Below are positions 1-8,811 of a stretch of DNA of 64,000 bases, piece by piece. Position numbers and translations under genes: made by a program. The notes beneath the pieces were generated by a model. It saw only the letters and a list, made by a program, of their open reading frames with translations, ran no database searches and was not told where the DNA came from. Location: the NCBI GenBank assembly GCA_963733295.1, contig CAVTCS010000003.1, forward strand, positions 1,504,001 through 1,568,000, read 5' to 3'. Numbering within the stretch: the first letter of the stretch is position 1; every line of letters begins with the position of its first letter. The DNA is from Vulcanimicrobiota bacterium (GTDB taxonomy: Bacteria; Vulcanimicrobiota; Vulcanimicrobiia; Vulcanimicrobiales; Vulcanimicrobiaceae).

Positions 1-38
1 GCGACCCGCGCCACGTACGAGATCAAACCACCGAACAT
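1..38 (-). CDS. ribE: Riboflavin synthase, 5' end only (runs off the window)
   Basis: ATG at 38-36 overlaps the ribD stop (TGATG) with GAGGAG SD; reads MFGGLISYVARV, resembling the MF[TS]G[IL][IV] N-terminus of riboflavin synthase; follows ribD. Confidence 0.65.
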   Translation of the reverse strand, partial: MFGGLISYVARV

Positions 39-1129
39 CAATTCTCCTCATCCGGACGCAGCGATACGAGCACGTCGTCGCCCATGCGTTCGACGCGATC
101 GAAGCGCAGCGTCGCGCCTTCGGCTCGGGTGCCGGCGAGCGCGGGAACCGCGCGCGGGTTGGCGAGCAGTTGGGGTGCGATCAGCCAGTCGACGCGATCG
201 ACGAGCCTGCGCTCGAGCAGCCGCGCCGCCAAGGTCGGACCGCCTTCGCAGAGCACGCTCGCAACGCCGAGTTCGCGGAGCGCGTGCAGCGCAAGGGCGA
301 GGTCGAGCGTCCGCGCCTCGCCGTCTCCCACGAAAACGACTTCGGCGACACCGGTGAGCGAAGCGAAGCGCTCCCTCAAACCACCGGGCGCGAGCACGAT
401 CGTCGGCGCGTAGCCCTCGACCCGCTCGAAGATTCTCCGCGTGGGCTCGACCGGCGCGTCTTCGCACGCGACGATGCGCCGGTAGGGCGTGCGGCGCGCG
501 TGCGCGGGCCGCACGGTTAGCTGCGGATCGTCGACGCGTACCGTTCCCGCCCCGACCATCACCGCGTCGTGCGTCGCGCGGAGCTCGCGGACGTACGCGC
601 GCGCGGCTTCACCGGTGAGCCAGTACGAACCAGGTTCGGGCGCGACGTATCCGTCGAGCGACGCGGCGAGTTTGAGGCGCACGTAGGGCCGGTCGCGCCG
701 GGCCCACACCGCAAAATCTTCGACCAGGTCGAGAGCCCACGGATCGCGCGCAACCTCGACCGCAACGCCCGCCGAGCGGAGTCGCGCGACCCCGCGACCG
801 GCCGTTCTCGGATGCGGATCGAGCGCGCCCACGACCACTCTCGCGATGCCCGCATCGATGACCGCTTGCGAACAAGGCGGCGTCAGACCCTGATGATCGC
901 ACGGTTCTAGCGTGACGTACAGCGTCGCGTCGCGTGCATCCCGCGCCGCATCCAGCGCTTCAGTTTCGGCGTGCGCATCTCCGCGCTTGCGGTGAAAGCC
1001 TTCCCCAAGCGTGACACCGTCGCGCACGAGCGTCGCCCCGACGCTCGGATTCGGCGAGGTGCTGCCCTTTCCGCGCGCAGCAAGCTCGCAGGCTCGCGCC
1101 AGGTAGATGCGATCGACTGCGTCGATTAC
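38..1129 (-). CDS. ribD: Bifunctional riboflavin biosynthesis deaminase/reductase RibD
   Basis: SPNPSVG, HAE, TLEPCDH..TPPC zinc motifs, KLAASLDG, EGGPTL; family-like sequence begins near GTA/ATC at 1129-1124, start codon uncertain. Confidence 0.95.
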   Translation of the reverse strand, partial: VIDAVDRIYLARACELAARGKGSTSPNPSVGATLVRDGVTLGEGFHRKRGDAHAETEALDAARDARDATLYVTLEPCDHQGLTPPCSQAVIDAGIARVVVGALDPHPRTAGRGVARLRSAGVAVEVARDPWALDLVEDFAVWARRDRPYVRLKLAASLDGYVAPEPGSYWLTGEAARAYVRELRATHDAVMVGAGTVRVDDPQLTVRPAHARRTPYRRIVACEDAPVEPTRRIFERVEGYAPTIVLAPGGLRERFASLTGVAEVVFVGDGEARTLDLALALHALRELGVASVLCEGGPTLAARLLERRLVDRVDWLIAPQLLANPRAVPALAGTRAEGATLRFDRVERMGDDVLVSLRPDEEN

Positions 1130-1407
1130 GGTTTGACCTCGACGCCGCGCCAGAAGGCAACGTGATCCTTGATGTGCTTGGCAGCGTCCTTCGGCTCGGG
1201 GTAGTACCATGCCGCGTCGGCGTTCTCGGCGCCGTCGACGAGGACGGTATGATAGCTCGCATCGCCCTTCCACGGACAATGCGTTTTTTTCGAGCTCGGC
1301 TTGAAGAATTCACGTCTTATCGAACCAGGGGGAAAGTAGTGGTTCCCCTCGACCACGTGGGTCTCGTCGCTCTCGGCTAAGACGGTTCCGTTCCAAATCG
1401 CTTTCAT
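1126..1407 (-). CDS. DUF427 family protein
   Basis: MKAIWNGTVLAESD..VEGNHYFP..CPWKG.ASY..AWYYPEP; GGGGAG SD upstream of ATG 1407. Confidence 0.9.
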   Translation of the reverse strand: MKAIWNGTVLAESDETHVVEGNHYFPPGSIRREFFKPSSKKTHCPWKGDASYHTVLVDGAENADAAWYYPEPKDAAKHIKDHVAFWRGVEVKP

Positions 1408-2032
1408 GCTGCTCCCCAAGAAGGCTCGGACGTTCGGCGCGAGCGATCGCGAGCGCTCCCTCGACCCGGGCGCCGGCGCGTTCCAGCGCGGCGCTGCAGT
1501 CGCGGAGCGTCGCGCCGGTCGTGACGACGTCGTCCACGAGCAGAACCGCTAGACCCCTCGCGAGCGATGCACTTTCGCACGCGAAACGTCCGCGAGCCTG
1601 CAGCCTCCGGGCGCGCGAGCGTCCCTGCTGAGCCTCTCCCGCGGCGCGCAGCAGCGAAAGCGAGGGAACGCCGCAGCAGCGCTCCAGTTCGCTTGCCAGC
1701 AAGCGGCCTTGATCGAAGCCGCGGAGCGCACGCCGCCGGCGCGTCGTCGGGACGGCGATGAGGACGCGTCCAGGCAGCAGCAGGTTGGGCGCGGCCGCGG
1801 CGAGCAGCGCCGCGAATACCGGCGCAAGATCGCGGCGCCCGGCTTTGAGCGCGAGCACCGCGCGCCGCAACGGTCCCTCGTACGCACCGAGCGCGAGCGC
1901 GGGCGCGCCGCCGATATGAAAGCTCCGCGCCGCAGCGCGTGCGGGTCGACAGCCGGCGCAGAGGATTGCGCCCTCCGCGTGGCAGCCTGCGCAGTTTGCC
2001 GGATAAAGGAAAGCGAGGAGCCGTTCGACCAC
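1310..2032 (-). CDS. comF: ComF family protein (zinc ribbon + phosphoribosyltransferase)
   Basis: CAGC..LCAGC, RGFDQ, LLVDDVVTTGATL; GTG start at 2032; tail overlaps DUF427 by about 98 nt. Confidence 0.9.
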   Translation of the reverse strand: MVERLLAFLYPANCAGCHAEGAILCAGCRPARAAARSFHIGGAPALALGAYEGPLRRAVLALKAGRRDLAPVFAALLAAAAPNLLLPGRVLIAVPTTRRRRALRGFDQGRLLASELERCCGVPSLSLLRAAGEAQQGRSRARRLQARGRFACESASLARGLAVLLVDDVVTTGATLRDCSAALERAGARVEGALAIARAERPSLLGEQHESDLERNRLSRERRDPRGRGEPLLSPWFDKT

Positions 2033-2200
2033 GCAATCCCATCGCGCCCAGGAGCCGGCGCGGCAAGGGCGGCGCACAGCGAAGCTCACTCTAGGCTTTG
2101 CGAGCTTACGGGGCGCGCCACATGAACGCGGTTGCAACACCGCGGTACGTACCCGACGCACAACGACCGCGTGATCTACTACGGGGCGGGGGCGAGCTCG

Positions 2201-2232
2201 GGTTCGTTGGCGACGATCGCGTCGTCGAGCGA
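2201..2232 (-). repeat. Degenerate copy of the 3' end of the nucleotidyltransferase gene (partner at 3059-3090)
   Basis: GGTTCGTTGGCGACGATCGCGTCGTCGAGCGA vs GGTTCGTTGGCGACGATTGCGCCGGCGAGCGA, 29/32 identical; encodes SLDDAIVANEP vs SLAGAIVANEP. Confidence 0.85.
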
Positions 2233-2273
2233 TGTGGCTGCGGGCGGAACCGCAGAAGCCGCTCGGCGGGCGC

Positions 2274-2696
2274 TCATCGCGTCCACGGGTCGAACGTCCT
2301 GCATAGGCCGGCGAAGTCGCGCTCGTTCCGCGTGACCATCGTAAGGCCGTGCGCACTTGCTGTCGCCGCTAACATGCAATCGATGATTGGAACCGATCGG
2401 CCCTTGGATTTCATTTGGGCATCTGCGCTGCCCCAGCGATCGGCCACGGCGAGGTCGAACGTGAGCACGCGCCCCTCGAAGCGTTGCGGCAGCTCGACCG
2501 TGAGCCAACGCTCGAGATCTCGGTGCTTGGCGCGCGGCGCGAGTTCGACACCTTTGCGAAGCTCGCCGAAGGTCAACACGCTAAGGAAGATGGTCGCTTC
2601 GTCAGCGCTCGACAACCACTGCACGAATCCGAAGTTCGGTCGAGCCTTCAAGGGCTCGGAAATCGCGTTGGTATCGAGCAGATAGCCGCCGTTCAC
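2274..2696 (-). CDS. vapC: VapC-family PIN domain toxin
   Basis: YLLDTNAISE, SVLTFGEL, DCMLAATA, VTRNERDF; GTGA overlap with antitoxin. Confidence 0.93.
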   Translation of the reverse strand: MNGGYLLDTNAISEPLKARPNFGFVQWLSSADEATIFLSVLTFGELRKGVELAPRAKHRDLERWLTVELPQRFEGRVLTFDLAVADRWGSADAQMKSKGRSVPIIDCMLAATASAHGLTMVTRNERDFAGLCRTFDPWTR

Positions 2697-2959
2697 AGTT
2701 CGAGGTCGCGGCTCACTTCACGGCTCCGCTCGACCTCGAGCGAGACGTCCGGATGCGGCCGCGAAGCCAGAAATTCAAGCAGCGACACCCCCGGCTTCGT
2801 GGTGGCCGTGAAATCCTCGACGCGAACCACGATGACCGCGTCGACGCCGCGGCGCCGGATCAACTGCGGCTTGCCCGTCAGCGCGCGATCGACAAGCTCG
2901 CTCAGGCGGGCCTTCGCGTCCTGAAGATTCCAGCGGTTCCCGGTTCCAATTTGACTCAT
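2693..2959 (-). CDS. Phd/YefM-family antitoxin
   Basis: WNLQDAKARLSELVDRA..PQLIRRRG..AVIV; directly upstream of the PIN toxin. Confidence 0.9.
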   Translation of the reverse strand: MSQIGTGNRWNLQDAKARLSELVDRALTGKPQLIRRRGVDAVIVVRVEDFTATTKPGVSLLEFLASRPHPDVSLEVERSREVSRDLEL

Positions 2960-2967
2960 GCTGTCCC

Positions 2968-3013
2968 ACTAGTTGAACTAGTCTATGATAAGGCCCGGGC
3001 GGTGCCGCGTCAA
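2968..3013 (-). promoter_or_regulatory. Sigma70-type promoter and palindromic operator of the TA operon
   Basis: TTGACG (3013-3008), 17 nt, TATCAT (2990-2985); inverted repeat ACTAGTT-G-AACTAGT at 2968-2982. Confidence 0.8.
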
Positions 3014-3033
3014 GCTCCGGATCTAGCCGCCGC

Positions 3034-4071
3034 TTAGCTTCCCGCGGGCGCCGGTTCCGGTTCGTTGGCGACGATTGCGCCGGCGAGCGAAGCGCCGGCG
3101 CCGATCGCGTAGTTGTTGCCGACGATGCTGTCGCTGATCTGCGCAGCTCGGCCGACGGTCACGCCGTCCCAGAGAATCGAACGCTCGATATGGACGTCTC
3201 GGCCCAATACGACGTCGTCGCCGATCACGCTCGGTCCGTCGATCTGCACGCCCTGGCCGAGGTGCGCGCGCCGGCCGATGTGCACGGCACCGCTGATGCG
3301 CACGCCCTCGCTGACAACGACATCCGGCGCGATACCACGTCGCGCCCGCCCCGGCAAGCGCACGCGGCCTTCGAGCACGTCGCGCGTTGCGCGCCGGTAT
3401 TCCGACGGCGTCCCGATGTCGCACCAGTACGCGCCGGGCATCTCGAGCCCGTAAAAACGAGCGCCTTCGCGCTGCAACTCGGGGAAGACGTTCTTTCCGA
3501 AGTCCCAAAACGTCGCGGCGGGGATATGCTCGAAGATCGCCGGTTCGAAGACGTAGATCCCCGTATTGACGAGTTTGGACTTCTCCGTTCCGGGCGCCGG
3601 TTTCTCTTGGAAGCCGGTAATCCGCCCCTCCGCGTCGAGCACTACGACGCCGTAGTGCGAAACGTCTTCCCCGCGCACGAGCGCGATCGTCGCGAGTGCC
3701 TCCCGCTCGCGATGAAACGCGATCACCGCCGACAGATCCAGGTCGGTCAGATCGTCGCAGCCCACCACGACGAACGTCTCGTCGAAGAACCTCTCCATTT
3801 GCTTGACCGCGCCGGCGCTGCCTAGCAATTCCGGTTCCCGCAAGTACTCCAGTCGCACGCCGAAGTCCGAGCCGTCGCCGAAGCGTTCTTCGATCGCGTC
3901 GCCGAGGTAGTGCACGTTGATCGCGATTTCGTCGATGCCGAACGAGTGCAAGTAGCGAATCACGTGCGCCGTATTGGGCTCTCCCGCAATCGGCACGAGG
4001 GGCTTGGGAATCTCTTTGGTGAGCGGATAGAGCCGCGTCGAGAGGCCGCCGGCGAGAATCATGCCCTTCAT
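3034..4071 (-). CDS. NDP-sugar synthase / mannose-1-phosphate guanylyltransferase-like
   Basis: MKGMILAGGLSTRLYPLT..PKPL, LGSAGA, FQEKP, VNTGIY, WCDIGT, C-terminal hexapeptide repeats; ATGA overlap with upstream gene. Confidence 0.92.
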   Translation of the reverse strand: MKGMILAGGLSTRLYPLTKEIPKPLVPIAGEPNTAHVIRYLHSFGIDEIAINVHYLGDAIEERFGDGSDFGVRLEYLREPELLGSAGAVKQMERFFDETFVVVGCDDLTDLDLSAVIAFHREREALATIALVRGEDVSHYGVVVLDAEGRITGFQEKPAPGTEKSKLVNTGIYVFEPAIFEHIPAATFWDFGKNVFPELQREGARFYGLEMPGAYWCDIGTPSEYRRATRDVLEGRVRLPGRARRGIAPDVVVSEGVRISGAVHIGRRAHLGQGVQIDGPSVIGDDVVLGRDVHIERSILWDGVTVGRAAQISDSIVGNNYAIGAGASLAGAIVANEPEPAPAGS

Positions 4072-4814
4072 GCAGCGGATCCCGGCTTTCCGGTCGCGCG
4101 TTCGAACAACGCCAGCAGCACGAACTTGGGCAGCGCCAATTGGCGGCGCCAGCGCGACGGCTCGCGCACCAGCCGGTAGAGCCATTCCAAGCCCAGGCGC
4201 CGCCACGCTTCGGGCGCGCGCGCTACGTTGCCGGCGATGACGTCCAGCGAACCGCCGACGCCGATGCCCACGCCGCAGCCGGTCTCGGCGAGACGGCTCG
4301 ACAGCCAGAACTCCTGACGGGGCGAGCCGAGGCCGGCCAGGAGCACGCGCGCACCGCTCGCGCGAACTGCTCGCGTCACTTCGGCATCCTCATTCGGCGA
4401 GAAGTATCCGTCGCGCGCTCCCGCCACGCGCAAGCCCGGATGACGAGCCACGAGCGCCGCCGCCGCGCGCGACGCGGTGTCGCCCTTCGCGCCTAAGAAA
4501 TAGACCGGCAGCGCTTCGCGTGCGAGCGCCGCGCAGAGCGGCTCCAGAAGCTCGACGCCGGCCACGCGTTCGCGTAGCGGCGCACCTTGTAGGCGCGCCG
4601 CCATCAGCACGCCGACCGTATCGCACAACGACAGAGCGCTCGAGTTGACGACCGCGCGAAACTTTTTGTCGCTTTGCGCGCAAACGATCATCTCGGTTCC
4701 CAGCGTCACGACGAGCGACGGGTCGCTGCCGCGTGCCAGCGCCACGATGCGCTGCACGGCAGCTTCCGTGCCGAGCGCGTCGACGCGGCACCCGAGGATC
4801 GTCGCGTGATCCAT
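4068..4814 (-). CDS. WecB/TagA/CpsF family glycosyltransferase
   Basis: ERVAGVEL, GYF, GLGSPRQE, GVGGSLD, GLEWLYRL..EPSRWRRQ; ATG at 4814. Confidence 0.93.
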   Translation of the reverse strand: MDHATILGCRVDALGTEAAVQRIVALARGSDPSLVVTLGTEMIVCAQSDKKFRAVVNSSALSLCDTVGVLMAARLQGAPLRERVAGVELLEPLCAALAREALPVYFLGAKGDTASRAAAALVARHPGLRVAGARDGYFSPNEDAEVTRAVRASGARVLLAGLGSPRQEFWLSSRLAETGCGVGIGVGGSLDVIAGNVARAPEAWRRLGLEWLYRLVREPSRWRRQLALPKFVLLALFERATGKPGSAA

Positions 4815-4816
4815 TC

Positions 4817-5746
4817 TTACGAGACCGCTGCCAAACCGGCCGCGCGGGCTCGCTCCCGGTATGGTGCGAGCAACGGACGCAGCCGTTCTTCGAGCGCTGC
4901 CGGCATCGTCCCGAGCGGTGAGCGACAGGGTCCGCAAGCGAATCCGAGTTCGTTGAGCGCCCACTTCACCGGGATCGGGCTGGTCGTCGCAAAGAGCGCT
5001 GCGAACAGTTCCGAGAGTGCGAGGTGGATCGCCGCTGCTCGCGTGACGTTGCCCGCATCGTGCGCGTCGAGCATCTCGCGCAATTCGCGTCCGCACAAGT
5101 GCGCCGCGACGCTGACCAACCCGTCGCCGCCGATTCCCAGCGACGGCATGAAGAGATAATCGTCGCCGCACCAGAAACCAAAGCCGTCGGGCCGGTCGCG
5201 CAGGATCTCCGAAAACTGCGCGAAGTCGGCGCTCGACTCTTTGACGCCCGCGATGTTCCCGTGACGCTTCGCGAGCTCGAGCAGCGTCGCAGGCAACATG
5301 TTAGCGCCGGTGCGGCCCGGAATATTGTAGACGATGACCGGCAGCGGCGTCGCTTCCGCGATCGCGCCGAAGTGCCGCAACATGCCGTCCTGCGTCGGCT
5401 TGTTGTAGTACGGAACGACCGCGAGAATGGCGTCGGCGCCGCAAGCTTCGGCCGCTTTACTGAATTCGACGGAGTGGTGCGTATTGTTGCCGCCGGTTCC
5501 GGCCACGACCGAGCCGCTCGTTCCGAGCGCCTCTTTGCAAGCTCTGAAAAGGTCCAGCTTCTCCACGTCCTCGAGGGCCGGCGATTCGCCGGTCGTCCCG
5601 CTGACTACTACACCATCGTTGCCTTGCGCGACCAGAAAACGCGCGAGACGCGCCGCTTCGGGCAGATCGACGTGATCCTTGCGGTTGAAGGGCGTCACCA
5701 TCGCCGTCAACAACCGGCCGACGCGTGGCGCTCGGGAAATGCTCAT
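4817..5746 (-). CDS. dapA: 4-hydroxy-tetrahydrodipicolinate synthase
   Basis: TAMVTPF, GTTGES, PYYNKP, YNIPGRT, GVKES, PIPVK. Confidence 0.97.
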   Translation of the reverse strand: MSISRAPRVGRLLTAMVTPFNRKDHVDLPEAARLARFLVAQGNDGVVVSGTTGESPALEDVEKLDLFRACKEALGTSGSVVAGTGGNNTHHSVEFSKAAEACGADAILAVVPYYNKPTQDGMLRHFGAIAEATPLPVIVYNIPGRTGANMLPATLLELAKRHGNIAGVKESSADFAQFSEILRDRPDGFGFWCGDDYLFMPSLGIGGDGLVSVAAHLCGRELREMLDAHDAGNVTRAAAIHLALSELFAALFATTSPIPVKWALNELGFACGPCRSPLGTMPAALEERLRPLLAPYRERARAAGLAAVS

Positions 5747-6987
5747 CGGCTGCCTCCCGCAGAAAGCTCCGGCGCCGGGACGCTACCCCGGCCGAGCCGG
5801 AACGAGTCGTGAATCGCTTGCTCCGCGCGTGCGACATCCTCCTCGGCCACGAGCACGGAGATCGTGATGTTCGAGTCCGTCGAGTGAATGATCTCGATAC
5901 CGGCGTCGTTGAGCGCGTGAACCACGCGGTACATGACGCCCGGCGTACCGCGCATTCCCGCGCCGACGATCGAGATCTTGCCGCAGTGCATGCGCACCCG
6001 CACCGCGAGATTGAGATCCCCGAGCTCGCGCCGTACCGCGTCGACTTTTTCGCTGTCGCAGATGAAAAAGATGCCGGCGTTGTTGACGTTGATCATGTCG
6101 ACCGAAACGTCTCTCTCGGCGAGCCGGCGGAACGCTTCGAGCTCCAGTGCGCTGCGCGCCTCGGCATCGTCGATGTCGCCCTGAATGATGCGCACGAACG
6201 TCACGTCGCGTAGCGCGGTCACCCCGCTGACGGGGTGCAACGAATCGGGGCGTGCCCCTTCATCGATCGTCGTGCCGAAATTACTGCGCAGACCCTTGAC
6301 CACGTACGGAGTGTTCGTCAGCCGGGCGTATTCGGCCGCGTTCGCGTGCATCACTTTCGCGCCGTCGGCGGCCAGTTCGACCATCTCGGCGTAGTTGACG
6401 CGATCGACGGTGTGCGCGCCCGCGATGCGCCGCGGATCGCCGGTCATGACGCCGCTGACGTCGGTAAAAATCTCGACGGCCTCGGATTCGAGGGCGTCGC
6501 CGAGGGCGATCGCAGTCAGATCGCTTCCGCCGCGGCCGAGCGTGGTGACCGCACCGCCGGCCGTAACGCCTTGGAATCCGGCAATCACCGGAATGACGCC
6601 GCGTACGAGCAACTCGCGAATGTTGGACGGATCGACGTGCAGGATCTTGGCGTCGCCGAACGTGTCGTCCGTGACGATCCCGGCCTGCGCGCCGGTCATC
6701 GCTTGCGCGTCGGCGCCCCAGGAGGTCAGGAGCTCGGCAAAGATCGCGCAGGCGATCGATTCGCCGCACGAGAGCAACAGGTCGCGATTGGCGCCGCCGC
6801 GGCTCGGCCCCAACAAAGCCAAGAGCGAATCGGTGGCGTACGGTTCGGGAGCACGTCCTATCGCCGAGCAGATGACGACCGGCGAAGCGCCGCGTGCCCG
6901 CGCCTCGAGAACGCGTGAGGCCGCGATCTCGCGCAGCTCCGCCGATGCGAGCGACGACCCGCCGAATTTCTGAACGATCGTCTTAAT
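5743..6987 (-). CDS. lysC: Aspartate kinase
   Basis: KTIVQKFGGSS N-terminus (upstream of the ORF-track start), GFQG..TTLGRGGSD, TDVSGV..DPR, ACT domains; start is ATT 6987 or frameshifted GTG 7000. Confidence 0.95.
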   Translation of the reverse strand: MKTIVQKFGGSSLASAELREIAASRVLEARARGASPVVICSAIGRAPEPYATDSLLALLGPSRGGANRDLLLSCGESIACAIFAELLTSWGADAQAMTGAQAGIVTDDTFGDAKILHVDPSNIRELLVRGVIPVIAGFQGVTAGGAVTTLGRGGSDLTAIALGDALESEAVEIFTDVSGVMTGDPRRIAGAHTVDRVNYAEMVELAADGAKVMHANAAEYARLTNTPYVVKGLRSNFGTTIDEGARPDSLHPVSGVTALRDVTFVRIIQGDIDDAEARSALELEAFRRLAERDVSVDMINVNNAGIFFICDSEKVDAVRRELGDLNLAVRVRMHCGKISIVGAGMRGTPGVMYRVVHALNDAGIEIIHSTDSNITISVLVAEEDVARAEQAIHDSFRLGRGSVPAPELSAGGSR

Positions 6988-7010
6988 GCTCGGACCTCAC
7001 GCCAACGCTC

Positions 7011-8042
7011 CTAGGAGGCTTGCGCGCGCAAGGCCGGACGCCGCCCGGCGATGCCGCGCTCCACGAGGAGTTCGAGGATCTGGACGGCGTTGGTCGCCGC
7101 GCCTTTCCGCGTCTGATCGCCGACGATCCAGAGCTGGAAGTGCCGGCGCGAATCGCCTTCCGCGCGCAGCCGCCCGACGTGGACGCGGTCCTGACCCTCG
7201 ACCTCGCGCGGCGTCACGATGCCTTGGCCGTGAAAGACGATGCCCGGTGCTTTTTCGAGGGCCGCGCCGAGTTCGGCGACGTCGGTCTCTCGCTCGGTCT
7301 CGACGAAGACCGCTTCGCTGTGCGCGAAACGGATCGGAACGCGAACCGTCGTCGCCGCGACGTGCAAATCTGCCAGACCGAGGATCTTGCGCGTTTCCTC
7401 GACGACCTTGCGCTCTTCGCCGGAGTCGCCGCGTTCGTCGAACGAACCGACTTGCGGAATCACGTTGCGAAAGATCGGCGCGGTGAACGGTGAATCCCCG
7501 CCGGCTTCGCTGCGCGCACCTTCGGTTCGTTCCTCGTAGTCGAGCCTCTCGAGACCGGCGCGGCCCGCGCCGCTCACGGCTTGATACGTCGCGACGCGCA
7601 CGCTGCGCAGTCCGCTCGTCCGCTCGATGGGCGCGATGCCCATCGTGAGAACGATCGCCGTGCAGTTGGCGACCGGAAAAATGCGATGGTTCTCGCGAAC
7701 GGCGTCGGCATTCACCTCGGGAACGACGAGCGGCACGTCCGGCGCCATGCGGAACGTTGCGCTGTTGTCGATGACGACCGCGCCCCCGTCGAGACAAGGT
7801 TGCGTCAGTTCGGCGCTGGCGTCGTCGCTCGACGCAAAGAAGACGGCGTCGTACGCGCCATCGTGGAGCGCCTGCGGCGTTGCGGCGGCGATCGGCCTGC
7901 CTTCCCCGCGGAAGACGACCGGATCGGGACGGGCGCGCGATGCGTAGGCGTCCAATCGGTCAATCGCGATCGCGCGCGTCTCGAGAACGCGCAAGATCGT
8001 TTCACCGACGATCCCGGTTACGCCGACCACCGCTACCTTCAC
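7011..8042 (-). CDS. asd: Aspartate-semialdehyde dehydrogenase
   Basis: VIDNSATFRM..VPLVVPEVN, ANCT, TYQAVSGAG, HSE, KGAATNAVQI. Confidence 0.96.
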   Translation of the reverse strand: MKVAVVGVTGIVGETILRVLETRAIAIDRLDAYASRARPDPVVFRGEGRPIAAATPQALHDGAYDAVFFASSDDASAELTQPCLDGGAVVIDNSATFRMAPDVPLVVPEVNADAVRENHRIFPVANCTAIVLTMGIAPIERTSGLRSVRVATYQAVSGAGRAGLERLDYEERTEGARSEAGGDSPFTAPIFRNVIPQVGSFDERGDSGEERKVVEETRKILGLADLHVAATTVRVPIRFAHSEAVFVETERETDVAELGAALEKAPGIVFHGQGIVTPREVEGQDRVHVGRLRAEGDSRRHFQLWIVGDQTRKGAATNAVQILELLVERGIAGRRPALRAQAS

Positions 8043-8809
8043 GAACCGTCCTCTTTCATAAAACCGTCCAGTCCCACAATCAGTTCTCGCCGGTTGCGGA
8101 CCTCGCGGACGGCGAGCAAGATGCCTGCCGCAAACGATTCGCGCGAGAGCGAGTCGTGCCGGATCGTCAGCACCTCGCCGTCGCCGCCAAACAGCACTTC
8201 CTGGTGGGCGACGAGACCGCGCAAGCGCACGCTGTGGATCGGAACTTCGTTTCGACGCGCGCCCCCTTCTATCCGGCGGGCCGTGAGCTTAGCGGTGCCG
8301 CTCGGCGCGTCGAGCTTCCGGTCGTGGTGCAGTTCGATGATCTCGGCCGTCGGGAAATAACGGGCCGCTTCCTCGGCAAAACGCATCATCAGCACGGCTC
8401 CGAGCGCGAAATTCGGGATCAGCGCGGCGCCCACGCCGCGGGTCCGGCAGTGCTCGGCAAGACCGCGCTCGTCGTCTTCGGTCCAGCCGCTCGCCCCGAC
8501 GACCGGCGAAACCCCCTGACCGACTGCTCGGCGCGCGATGGCCACGGTCGCCGGATAGAGCGTGAAGTCGACGATGACCTGGGGCTCTACCGCGTCGATC
8601 AGCGTGTCGATCTCGGCGTAGATCGACCCGGACGGCCGCGTAAGATTCAGGATCGGCTGGAGCGGCTCACCGATGCGCGCGCGCGCGAAGCCGCCGACGA
8701 GCTCGAGGTCGAGCGCCGAATCGATCGCGTGGCAAGCTACCCGCCCCATTCGTCCGAGCGCACCCGCCACCGCAACGCGCAGGCGCGCGGCGCGGGCGGT
8801 CTCGACCAG
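8039..8809 (-). CDS. dapB: 4-hydroxy-tetrahydrodipicolinate reductase
   Basis: LRVAVAGALGRMG, PNFALG, EIIELHHDRKLDAPSGTA; N-terminus needs a CTG start (8809 or 8782), first canonical start is GTG 8770. Confidence 0.95.
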   Translation of the reverse strand: MVETARAARLRVAVAGALGRMGRVACHAIDSALDLELVGGFARARIGEPLQPILNLTRPSGSIYAEIDTLIDAVEPQVIVDFTLYPATVAIARRAVGQGVSPVVGASGWTEDDERGLAEHCRTRGVGAALIPNFALGAVLMMRFAEEAARYFPTAEIIELHHDRKLDAPSGTAKLTARRIEGGARRNEVPIHSVRLRGLVAHQEVLFGGDGEVLTIRHDSLSRESFAAGILLAVREVRNRRELIVGLDGFMKEDGS

Positions 8810-8811
8810 AG

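Noticed and set aside
1310..1407. ComF/DUF427 98-nt overlap as dual coding
   Set aside because: The tail lies beyond the conserved ComF end; simple stop-codon drift suffices
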